Assembly (NCBI RefSeq): GCF_964355755.1
Contig: NC_092678.1
Location: forward strand, 1,132,422-1,196,421
Direction of reading: 5' to 3'
DNA length: 64,000 nucleotides
DNA from: Antedon mediterranea
Taxonomy: Eukaryota; Animalia; Echinodermata
The notes under the pieces are model-generated. The model searched no databases. It had not been told where the DNA came from and worked only from the letters and a program-made list of their open reading frames with translations. The translations under genes were made by a program, and so were the position numbers. Shown piece by piece: positions 53,101 to 64,000 of the stretch (positions are counted from its first letter, which is position 1; each line of letters opens with the position of its first letter).

Positions 53101-54776
53101 TCCTGCTCATGTGTTACACTTATTACTACTTAATATTATTTATCTCTTGTTATTGTTATTGTAGGATGAAGCTAATGAGACACGAATGAAAGTAGCAAGT
53201 TTAGTTGAGCAAGTACTTAAAGCACAAGACACAAGAAATGACCTATTTAAGCGTTATGAGAAAGCAATTGCAGACTACAAGTCTAGCAAGTCTCTCTCTG
53301 GTATGTTCTTCTAAAGTATGGACTTAGTCCAAGCATCATTGATTTAGTGTCTGTTCATTTTACAATGCTACACATCAGTAGATGGATTGGTCAACAGATT
53401 ATTCACATTTTAGTTTCATTTTTTATAGCTTTCCAATCTGCGGTCAAGAAAATCAATTCTCAGTTGAAAGAAGTGACCCAGACAGTGGCCGCAATTCAGA
53501 CATCGGTCAAACAACAGAGTGAAGTTGCAGAAAAGGTTTGTATTTTACAATTCTCACACTGCCTAGCAAAAGTCGCAAGTTTACACACATTCTGGGGCGT
53601 CAACACCCCAGTGTTTTATATGGTGTGTGTAAGCTCTGTAGTTTACACACATTCTGGGGCGTCAACACCCCAGTGTTTTATATGGTGTGTGTAAGCTCTG
53701 TAGTTTACACACATTCTGGGGCGTCAACACCCCAGTGTTTTATATGGTGTGTGTAAGCTCTGTAGTATACACACATTCTGGGGCGTCAACACCCCAGTGT
53801 TTTATATGGTGTGTGTAAGCTCTGTAGTTTACACACATTCTGGGGCGTCAACACCCCAGTGTTTTATATGGTGTGTGTAAGCTCTGTAGTATACACACAT
53901 TCTGGGGCGTCAACACCCCAGTGTTTTATATGGTGTGTGTAAGCTCTGTAGTTTACACACATTCTGGGGCGTCAACACCCCGGTGTTTTATATGGTGTGT
54001 GTAAGCTCTGTAGTTTACACACATTCTGGGGCGTCAACACCCCAGTGTTTTATATGGTGTGTGCCCTGGTGTGTGTAAGCTCTGTAGTATACACACATTC
54101 TGGGGCGTCAACACCCCAGTGTTTTATATGGTGTGTGTAAGCTCTGTAGTTTACACACATTCTGGGGCGTCAACACCCCAGTGTTTTATATGGTGTGTGT
54201 AAGCTCTGTAGTTTACACACATTCTGGGGCGTCAACACCCCGGTGTTTTATATGGTGTGTGTAAGCTCTGTAGTATACACACATTCTGGGGCGTCAACAC
54301 CCCAGTGTTTTATATGGTGTGTGTAAGCTCTGTAGTATACACACATTCTGGGGCGTCAACACCCCAGTGTTTTATATGGTGTGTGTAAGCTCTGTAGTTT
54401 ATACTCATTCTGGGGCGTCAACACTGGTGTTTCGTATACCGTGTGCCCTGGTATGTTAAAACCCCAGAATTTTGCTAGGTTAAGTGAAATGGGTATTAGA
54501 CAGTGTACATATTGTTTTCATGTAGCTTGAAAAACAACATTGCTTAAGATAAGATAACTTACCGTAACAGTATTGTGAATAAACTATTTTCAGATCTCTG
54601 AGCTACAAAAGCTAAGCGCCCAAGCTAAGGAGCTTGCTCAGCAGAGCGTAACCAACGCAGAGAAGTTGGTGTCTGGTAAATATAGCAAACAACAGTACCT
54701 AGACCAAGATAAGGTTAACAAAGCTAAACGTGAAGATGTTGATAACAGAATTCAAGGTGTTCTAAGTACTCTATAA
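47142..54776 (+). CDS. RPN1: Ribophorin I (oligosaccharyltransferase subunit 1)
   Basis: Signal peptide; [33 protein letters not shown]-like [57 protein letters not shown] plus TM helix; stop TAA 54774-54776. Confidence 0.96.
47619..48430. mobile_element. TA-flanked TIR element with subterminal TTGCGCAA arrays, RPN1 intron 1
   Basis: TACTGTAGTGTGTATGTTATGCGC... / ...GCGCATAACATGTACAATGCAGTA inverted ends over ~80 bp. Confidence 0.75.
48670..49402. mobile_element. Non-autonomous TIR element, RPN1 intron 2
   Basis: GCCGCCGACAAGTTGAGCCGCC..TTTCTATGAAACGCC at the left end is inverted at the right end (17-bp unit three times). Confidence 0.7.
50962..51873. mobile_element. Non-autonomous AcademH-like element with 9-bp TSD
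   Basis: TAG...CTA termini with terminal mini-hairpins (GTCTGG-GTT-CCAGAC; AGACTTG..CAAGTCT) and perfect TSD GTTCTGTCT at 50953-50961 and 51874-51882. Confidence 0.75.
53578..54423 (+). repeat. 62-bp minisatellite with internal inverted repeats, about 13.5 copies, last RPN1 intron
   Basis: Unit TTACACACATTCTGGGGCGTCAACACCCCAGTGTTTTATATGGTGTGTGTAAGCTCTGTAGT. Confidence 0.95.
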
Positions 54777-55638
54777 AATACTCATATTTGAAACAAAACA
54801 TGTTTTTCAACGGAAAAGCTTCGTTGCTTTTTTGTTTTGTTTCATGAATTTTCACCATTTGATGTAGTCTTTATGTATTTAAATTTAATAATAATCACCT
54901 CTTACCCAAGCATCAAATTGTTATCTTGACTGGAGAACACTGTTTTTGTTTTTAGTTACCCAAAATATTCAACTAAACTTTTTTTTAGAATTTTTTTTCT
55001 CTTAGAATTGATTTAGTCTTTAATCTTTTTGAACATTTTTCTTTAATGAGTTTAAATATTTATGTATAGAAAAAATGTTTTGTCCCAAATAAAAAAATAT
55101 TGTGGATGCAACTGTAGGTACTTTGAAGTATCAAGTTGCTGATCTAAGTTGCTTTGGCCCATTACGATGCAATCAATGTCCTCTATTCTGGTGTTCACAA
55201 TAAACACAACTTGTTTACAAATATTTTGTACATTATTTTGTCATTTATTTTATATACATAGTACCATCTTTCACAGTTGTTTTTTTTACATGAAATATAT
55301 CGGTTTTGAAACACATGTTCTTCTGGCGTGATCCTCGTTATAAATATGTTTGAAAATTATAACAAATATCTGTTTTTCGAGATTATAAACTTTTTTTGTA
55401 ATTGTGACACAGGTTTGTCGCACGGCATATACAGCATTGAAAACAAATATTGCCTAAAATTATAAACTATTTCTTAGCATCTGTACACAGAAATGTTTGA
55501 AAACGTCATCATAATTATCACTTAAATGTATATACACCTCCACCAATAGTCTTTATTTTAAAATTACTGTAAAACAACTCCCTGGTATAACCAAATTGAT
55601 CAATTAATTAATACTTTATTTCATTTCTTATAAAGCTA

Positions 55639-58600
55639 TCAGAATTTTTTCTTTTTCTTCTTCTTCTTTCTGCATTTTGGACAATACCAATCTTGGTCTT
55701 CAGGCGGCTCCTTGACAATTTTCACACATGGCCTACAAAAAAAACAAAAAATTAATTGATCTTCCTCAGTAGAGATTGGTTAATTGCGAGTACACAAGCA
55801 ATAATCATTGACACCTACCAATGATACCAATCATCGCAGTTATCGCAGCCAATCATAGGACTTCCATCATCGGGAAACTGACAAGTCGGACATATCCAAA
55901 TTTTCTCTTCGGTTTCGGCCTAAAAGTGAAATTTGGCAAAAAAGATCATTACCATGCATATGTGTTTTCAATATTTGAATGAATTAGTAATTTTAATAAC
56001 AAAGAAAACGTACAACTACTGTTCCAATTGTTTCAGTAACTACTGATCTTTCTTCTGCCTTTTTAGCTTTAACTTCTTCTGCCTTTTTAGCTTTAACTTC
56101 TTCTGCCTTTTTAGCTTTAACTTCTTCTAACTTTTGACTTTTAACCTCTTCAAACTTCTGTGCTTTAATCTCTTCCGTTTTCTTAGCCTTTGTAATTCCA
56201 GACGTCTTATTGTTTCCCTTAACAGCTTTAGCTTTGCCTTTTGTTGATGGCGTGGCTAATTTAGTTGTCTTTGTTTTGTTTGCTTTTGGAGTGCTAATTG
56301 TTTCCGTCCACACAGACGGTGAACTGGCAGAGGTTTGCATCGGTTCAGGTTTTTCACAAGCAGGAGTTGGAGATATTGTTTTCGGAGAAGACTTTGCTTT
56401 TGTGCTAGGAGCCTTGCGTTCCGGTGTGCTCTTTGATGCACTGCTATTTGCTGGTGATCCAGATTTCTTAACCTTCTCTGTTTTTTTATTTTGATTCATG
56501 GACTTCTTTGTAGCCTTTGGTTCTTTTGTTTTGACTGGTTGTAAATCAAATGGTTTAACTTCTATCGGTGAATCTGGGTTATAGGTCGGAGACACGGGGG
56601 CTTTATACGGTGGTGAATATTTGTAAGTTGGAGAAGCTGAGGGCGATATGTCTGGTTTTGGAAACAAAGGAGTGGGACTGGTTGTCGGTGTTCTTGGGGT
56701 CTCTAAGCTTTGGTTAGAGGAATCGGAATCAAAGTTATATGGCGAAAATATTTTACTGTCCAATTTTATTTCAATCGGGGGTGATTTTGAAGTCGGCGAG
56801 GGTGTTGTCGTCGGAGTAATTGGTCTTGGAGGTGGAAGTGGGGAAGCAGGTTTCACTGGTTTCTTTTTCTTGGTAGTCTTGACTGGAGATGATGTAATAT
56901 TTGGTGTGAGAACAGGAGGACCTGGCGATGGAGGTTGTGGGATAGGTGATAGTGACCTCTCAGCAGGTGATGGTGACCTCACGTCTGGTGAAGGAGGTTT
57001 GATTGGTTTAATAACACTGTAAATAAAGAAATCAGTAATTATCAATGTTTAGTATTGAGATCTATATGATCAACTCCCAGCATTCCCTTCAACATTATTA
57101 TTTACTTACAATCGTTTGCTGCCCTCTCCTGTCGAACTCGATCCAAAGGTCAGCGTTATTTTAGGCACAAGTGGTTCATCTGTTTTGCCCTTGAAGTAAA
57201 AAGCACAGTATGAGTTAGTGGTGGTGTTATTAACATAAAGCACAGTATGGGTTAGTGGTGGTGTTATTAACATAAAGCACAGTATGGGTTAGTGGTGGTG
57301 TTATTAACATAAAGCACAGTATGGGTTAGTGGTGGTGTTATTAACATAAAGCACAGTATGGGTTAGTGGTGGTGTTATTAACATAAAGCACAGTATGGGT
57401 TAGTGGTGGTGTTATTAACATAAAGCACAGTATGGGTTAGTGGTGGTGTTATTAACATAAAGCACAGTATGGGTTAGTGGTGGTGTTATTAACATAAATG
57501 ATAGGCATCATACAGATGTACACTAAAGACATACCTTCTTTGTATCACCTTGATCTTGCTGCGTCCTTATCTTTAGTTTCTTCTTCTTAAACTTATCTTT
57601 TGATTTCTTATCTTTTTTCTTTTCTTCTTTTTGATGGACTTCTGGTTTAACTTGCACAACTTGTAAGGAAGTTGAATTCTTGCGTTTAATATTCAATTTA
57701 GGAATCGGTGCCAATTTACTTTCCTCTTTGCCGTCTTTCACAATCTTTGTTTCGCCGCCTAACATCTTGACCTTAAAAGTCAAGTCGGGTTTCTTTTTTG
57801 ATTCTTTAGCATCAACTAGAATATTACTTGCAATTTTAAGTTTCTTTTCTTTATCTTTATGTATTTTCTTTTGTTTCTTAATAACTGTGTTCTTAACAGA
57901 GTGCAGCATATCCTTAGCATTGTCTTTTTTAATCTTCTTTTTCTTGATGCTACTACTAGATTTTGTTTTTTTATTTTTTAGAGCGGCTTCCTGTTCTCGC
58001 AAAGCTTGTTTGAACGCAAACTTTGGAGGTAAATAAGCCTCTTTGTTTTTTTCAAGCGACTTATTCTTTTGCTTTTTCTTTATAACAGCAGATATGGCAG
58101 CATCTGTCGGATTGTTTACTGGAGAAGTGTCTAACTTTAAACTTGGGACTTCATCACTGTCGCTTGATGACTGCGTACTTGATTGTTTTGCTTTTACCGA
58201 TTCCATTTCTTGTCGTCCTTTCGCAACCGCAGACCTGAATGCTTCTTGCATTGCACTGAATTTTGATTCTGCTGCTGCTGGCGGTGGTGACTGCAATTTT
58301 GAATCACTTTTGCCCTTTGGAGAACTATCAAATTCATCGTCATCAAAATCATAAATATCCGATTTCTTTGATGTTGTCTTTGTGGGTGGAGCCTTCACGT
58401 CCGATTTCTTTGTTACCTGCACTTTAGGTGATTCTGGTTTTGCTGCCGGACTCTTTGATCTAACTACCTCAGGTTTGTCTAAAGACTTCTGTTTAGTAGG
58501 ATACTTAAAAGACGACTCACTTGAAAATAAATTGAAAGATGGTTTTGGCGATTTCTGGGATGTTTTTTGTTTGGTAACTGTAGGAGATGAGACTTGTAAT

Positions 58601-60202
58601 TGTTTTGGTGATTTTTTTACATTATTAGTTTTCGATATTTTGATGTTTTTAGAAGTATCAATATTTTCACTTAATTTTTTAATGTCAGCAACACTGTCTT
58701 TGTTTTGTTTCTTTGCGTCAGATTTTACTGGTGTTTTCTTTGACTCAATTTCTTTTACTGTTTTCTTTAAGTACGGTTCTTTGCTGCTTAATTTTGTAAT
58801 ATCCAAAGTTGTTTTCTGTTTGCTTGGCTCTGCTAACGGACTAGTAGATGATTTTTGTTTGGGTTTGTCTGTAAACTTTGGCGGAGGGGTACATGCATCT
58901 GGCAGTTTCCCTTCCCGTTTTGGCGTGAGGATACCGTTTGCTTCCATAGTCACTGTTTTAAGCTCTTGAGGGGTACCTTCCTCCACCAGTCTCATCCGCT
59001 TACTATCATGTCCGTCATAAGGGCTTTGTAACGATCGTTTCTCTGGTCTCGGTGGCGTGAACGGCGTATCAAAGTTCGGCCCTGTACCCTTAGGAGATTT
59101 AAGATTTGAATCTGTTCCATCATGAAGAACACCATTGGCTGATGTCGAGTGACTAAAATCGGACACATCTACTAAATCAGACGTATCGGTTTCTGAAAAA
59201 AAAAATATTTGTTTTATATTAATGAGTAACTATAATTTAGTTTAAAGTCGATGTTGTAGTAGTGCGTTACATTTGTCTATGATTCTTGTGTCAAAAAGGC
59301 GTCTCTAATTAAAAGGGTTAAATCTGAACACTTACCACCCTTGATAGACACTAAAGGTGGAAGGTAATCTGGTATATAATGTAACCTCTCCCTACAATGC
59401 TTGGAACCAGGCAAAGGGTGCTGAAAACTGCTGGATCTAGGTACAGGGAAACATGGAACTGTTTTAGCAAATGGGATTGGTTCAACTTCTTTGATGTACG
59501 TGTTTAGTTCACTGATTGAGAATCCCATATCGTGGAGAGCAAGACCAAGATCTTCCAATGTTGGATCAGTCTTTCCATCTGGAAAAGAAGAGTTCATAAA
59601 GTATAGTTTGAGGATTACGGTAATTACCTATTTTAGGCCTACAGATTTCAACACTGTTACTTAGTTAGTAATACTATTACTATAGACTTATTTATTATAG
59701 TAAGCTCCTCCCTCTAGCTATTATTAGGCCTATATAGTATATATATATATCAATTATTATAAAAATATTATTTAATAATAAATAATTTCATAAAATAAGT
59801 TGAAAGTTAAATCAAAACATTATATTATCCAAAAGGTTGGTAGGTTCGACACTTCAGGGAACATTTTCGCCAGTGTAGCATTGCAAAAAGCTATAGAAAA
59901 CAACCTTATTGCTACACATTTTTAACATTGTGTAGCAAAAAATACAATACAAAACTATGTTTCTCGACTTAAAAATCAGTTTGATTAGCAATATTGCTAA
60001 ACAAAATTTTTAAATGAAATTTTTCCCTGCACTTACACTGTTCTGAATAACGATGTGTGTACTCGGCTAGCTGCCTAATGTACCTCTCCACTACGTCCGT
60101 CAAAACCTCACACGGAGTGGTTTGTACAGCGTGCCATCCCAAGCCTTGACAGATCTGAGCTACTGCTATTTTCAACAAGCCTCTGCTAAAAACCTCAGCC
60201 AT
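55639..60202 (-). CDS. TAF3: TFIID subunit 3 (histone-fold BTP domain, long Lys/Ser/Pro-rich linker, C-terminal PHD finger)
   Basis: MAEVFSRGLLKIAVAQICQGLGWHAVQTTPCEVLTDVV, IPDYLPPL, VVTETIGT, KIWICPTCQFPDDGSPMIGCDNCDDWYHW|PCV..DWYCPKC. Confidence 0.95.
57199..57498 (-). repeat. 37-bp minisatellite, 8 copies, abutting a TAF3 acceptor site
   Basis: Minus-strand unit ATGTTAATAACACCACCACTAACCCATACTGTGCTTT, followed by TTACTTCAAG|exon. Confidence 0.95.
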
Positions 60203-60531
60203 TATAAATGTTTTACTCACGCCTACATCATCGAAATAATATATTAAATGCGGTATTTACGTGTTTCGCATGATTTACTTCTCAGATTTCTGTAAATTTG
60301 AGAATTATTTAGAAAGTTAGCTAGGCCTAGCACGAAAAACATAAACAGTAACTTTTGAACTTTCACCTTGTGTTTGTTGTGACTTACTCGTTTCTACACT
60401 CCACTTAAACATGAGCCTCTTTCATCAACAAAAAATATATTGTGATAATATATATTTCAATAATAGTCAATAATAGTATTTGTATCATCAATACATTTTT
60501 CTTATTATACATTTATAAATGAAAAACCTTT

Positions 60532-61135
60532 ATAGCTATTTTTTTGTGTTTAAACAATTTTGAAATATTATTATTATTATCAAACAAGTTAATGGCCTAG
60601 CCTAGGCAAGGTATATTCAGAGCGTCATTCTGACGATGAAGCATTCTCTACCATTTATGCATTATTAACTTCTGAAATAGAATAGTACTACGCAACTGGT
60701 CCAGTGGACCAAATTTGGCACCGGTGGAACACAGCGATATAGAATAGAAATAAGTCACCAATTTAAATATATTTTCGTAGCTATTTTTTGTGTTTTAAAC
60801 AATTTTGAAATATTATTATTATCAAACAAGTTAATGGCCTAGCCTAGGCGAGGTATATTCAGAGCGTCATTCTGACGATGGAGCATTCTCTACTTCTCTA
60901 CGGTGCGCCATTTATGCATTTATTAACTTCCGAAATAGAAATAGTACTACGGTAACTGGTCCGGGAACTGGTCCAGTGGACCAAATTTGGCACTGGTGGA
61001 GCACAGCGATATAGAATAGAAATAAGTCACTAATTTTAATATATTTTTTTTTCGTATGTTAATATTACACTATGCTCAAGTTGACCCAATTTGGCACAAG
61101 GGGAGCACAGTGGTATAAAATAGAAATAAATTCAC
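60532..61135. repeat. ~245-bp tandem duplication plus partial third copy upstream of TAF3
   Basis: 60532-60760 repeated at ~60777-61030; a CCAATTTGGCAC..GCACAG..TAGAAATAA fragment occurs again at ~61085. Confidence 0.85.
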
Positions 61136-62354
61136 TAAATGTTAATATCTCATTTGTGTGATAACACGCCGTATTATTCAATGGTAACAATGCTGATAAA
61201 ATTGTAGATCTAGTAACCTATGCTTTTATTAAATATTTTTTACAATAAAAATCAAATATTTCTCCTGATGTTTCATTTTCCGTGAATAAATTGTCTAGCA
61301 TAAAGTGGTGTTTTAATTCTTGAGATCCACAATTAAAATTATCCAAATACATACTTAAATTATTGTCTATGAGGTTGTTCTTAAGATCCAAGTATACAGT
61401 ACATTATTACTAAATTTTACTTTACTAAATTAATTTGTTTAAACGTCAACTTAAAACTGTTCTCTTTTTTTTTATTATTAATAATGCTTGTATTGCATTG
61501 TTAAATGTTAGGCGCTTTGTTGTTTGTAGGGCGCCGTATAAAAAATTACATTATTAGATAGATAGATATTATATTTCTACGATTTTTAAAACGCAAAACA
61601 CGTTTATAAACACCGAATATGACGTCATAAGAATCATTTCCGTTCCGACGAATGGCCCTTTACGCGTCATAAATGCGCTTCCGTTTTGGAATTTCTCAAG
61701 CGGAACTACACCCCTTCGATAGAAATGGAAGTGGCCTTTTCTTTATTTATAGAAAATGAACGAATTGCTAATGATTGCGCCACACAGCCCCAACAACATC
61801 AACAAAAACAATATAAAACTAGCTGTTAAAATGAAATGTTCATTGTATGAATACATTGCCCTGTGCACCAGAGAACCAACAACTAGGCAACCTCACTGTT
61901 TTTTCCTAAAAGTTCAGGTAACTAGTTTAATTGAAGGAAAAAGTTAGCCTAGGCCTAGGCTTAGCTAGAGAGGATCTAGGCCTAGTTAGAGAGAAGCCTA
62001 GTCTGCTGAGAGGGGAACTGGGTGGGCTATAGGCTAGAGAGAGTAGTCAGGCAAGGCACTGTGCACTGCTCAGTCATGCCCCGGGAGCTCAGTGTGAGAG
62101 ACAGGCTGTCAACTCTCCTTATCTTGATTCCCTGTTTGAAACTGTTTTGAAAGGCGATATAGGGGCCTATATATAATTATAATCATATATTTCATATCCT
62201 AGGCCTAGTAGTACAGTTCATGACATATGGCTTTATAAATCGGTATTCTTTTAATTCTTATAATTTATATTTTTATATAGTCCTAAATAACACTACACAG
62301 TTTTAACTATAATTTTCAATATTTTTTTCCAGATTGTTTTAAAAGGTGAAAATA

Positions 62355-64000
62355 ATGGGAGGCCAAGGCATACGATTTGGACGAAAGACAGGCGCTACAC
62401 TGAAACGTCCGCGAGGCGGAAGACGAAATGTGTCGGCTCATTACAGCATACGTAAAACTGAAAAGTATGTCGAACCACAAAACGAAGGATTGATTTCTGA
62501 TACGTTTGCTGAGCAGTTTGATGATGGGGACTTGTGCAGTCAACTTGGTATAAAATACTTTTACTATATAATTGTGTAAACACAGACTTAAGCTCTGTCT
62601 ACACTATCAAACTTGTTTGACAAAAAAAAGTGTGGTGATGTCATATCACTACAATATTTGGGTATATCACTACCATAATTGGACACATCACACTTTGATA
62701 GTGTAGACAGAGCTTTATGTCTTTTGTAATACTGTTTTCATGATTTGAGTAAGTAAGTAATAACTGATAAGTGTAATTATGCTTATTTTTTTCTTTATAT
62801 TTCAGATAACAATGGAGTTGAATATTCCCTTAACAAGCGCAAAAGATGGACCATTCCTGGATTTCTTAAAGAAAATATTGTGACCAATCCAATGAATCGT
62901 GACAATTCTTTTCAAGTTCGACTTGTGGAGCGTCAGATTCTAGGGGATTCATCTAAACGGGCGGACTGTATCGCTGTGCACTCAAGCAAGGAAGAAAAGC
63001 ATACCCATAAACCGTGTAAGACATTCTCACTGTTAGAGGATCTCATCAAAGATGCCCCATCACAAAAACAAAAGTCAAGAAATAAGAAGAGATTTACAGA
63101 TGAAGAAAGCATGCCAGAAGTTGATATTCCTACAATGCCAGAAATACGATATGAAGTTGCTTACCCACGATCTCTCGATTCTTTTCCTAATTTTAATCCT
63201 TCAAAAATCAGTAAATGTAAGTCAAATTTATTATTGTATATGTTAATTTTACATAATAATATGTTTTGTTTATTTTTGTTACATGGGTGACCTTTTCTGT
63301 AGTACCAGAATTTTCTCAAAAAGGGCTTGGTATACAACTCGCAATAGGCCTGAAAATACTATTTATTTAATAATATGATGCTACAGTATTACTAATTTTA
63401 TAATTTATTTCTACGCAGAAAAGTAAATAGGAGTGTTTTTTTTATTTCCAGAAAACAGGTTAAATAAACTTATATATTGGTTTGTTTTATTACAGCAAAA
63501 ATTAAAACAAAACGAAACAGACTAGATTATCTGATGGAAGATTTTCTAGACATGGAAGAAGAATTCTGGGAAGAGAATGACGATAGTGAGGAGAGAGTGC
63601 AGTGCGAGAATGAATTTAGACGGCCTGCTACAAATTTAGGAGACTTTATTACATCTCAAGGGGGAATTAGCTTACAAGTAAAACAGCGAGAGAAAGAAAT
63701 TGAAGACAGACATTTTGAAAAAAATTTAAACGAGAACGAGAACAGAATATGTCCGAATCAGGCAGCTAAACAATCTTGGTTATACTTTGGAAAAGACAAC
63801 AAAGTTATAATTCAGAAGAAACAAAGAGAACTACCAAAGAAGAAAATAAAAGTTGCCAAAAAATCTAAGAAAATAAGAGAAGAAGATGATGATGTAGAAG
63901 ACAACAATTGCCAGAATATTCCAAATATTTGCATAAATATTTGCAGAGATTCTTGCGCTTCAGAAAATCTGCTAGAAGAGTTTGGCCAGGAGTATGTGGA
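62355..64000 (+). CDS. Uncharacterised protein, 5' portion only (runs off window)
   Basis: ATG 62355; exons ~62355-62547, 62806-63216, 63496-end with GT-AG boundaries and open frames; probable non-coding exon ending at donor ~61917. Confidence 0.65.

Noticed and set aside
57680-58969. Phe/Leu-rich ORFs antisense to TAF3 (likewise those antisense to 24534-28540)
   Set aside because: Shadow ORFs of Lys-rich coding exons.

Overview
AT-rich, intron-rich eukaryotic DNA from an invertebrate animal (gene content and repeats suggest a deuterostome such as an echinoderm; this is inference). Eight spliced protein-coding genes were reconstructed by eye. In order: a secreted IGFBP-CUB-IGFBP-CUB-antistasin-thyroglobulin mosaic protein (-), UBA3 (+, with a U12-type intron), TSR2 (-), an RLF/ZNF292/ZNF654-like protein apparently lacking C2H2 fingers (+), IPO9 (-), RPN1 (+), TAF3 (-), and a truncated unknown gene (+). 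Introns are packed with non-autonomous DNA transposons and minisatellites. The most striking pattern is that five intronic tandem arrays in four different housekeeping genes sit exactly on a splice signal and repeat it. There are about 74 in-frame copies of a 5' splice site in IPO9, 13 in TSR2, 9 in UBA3, a decayed donor array in a second IPO9 intron, and 8 copies of a branch-point motif in TAF3. Protein and repeat family assignments come from remembered sequences and motifs, not database searches. Exon coordinates are hand-derived.
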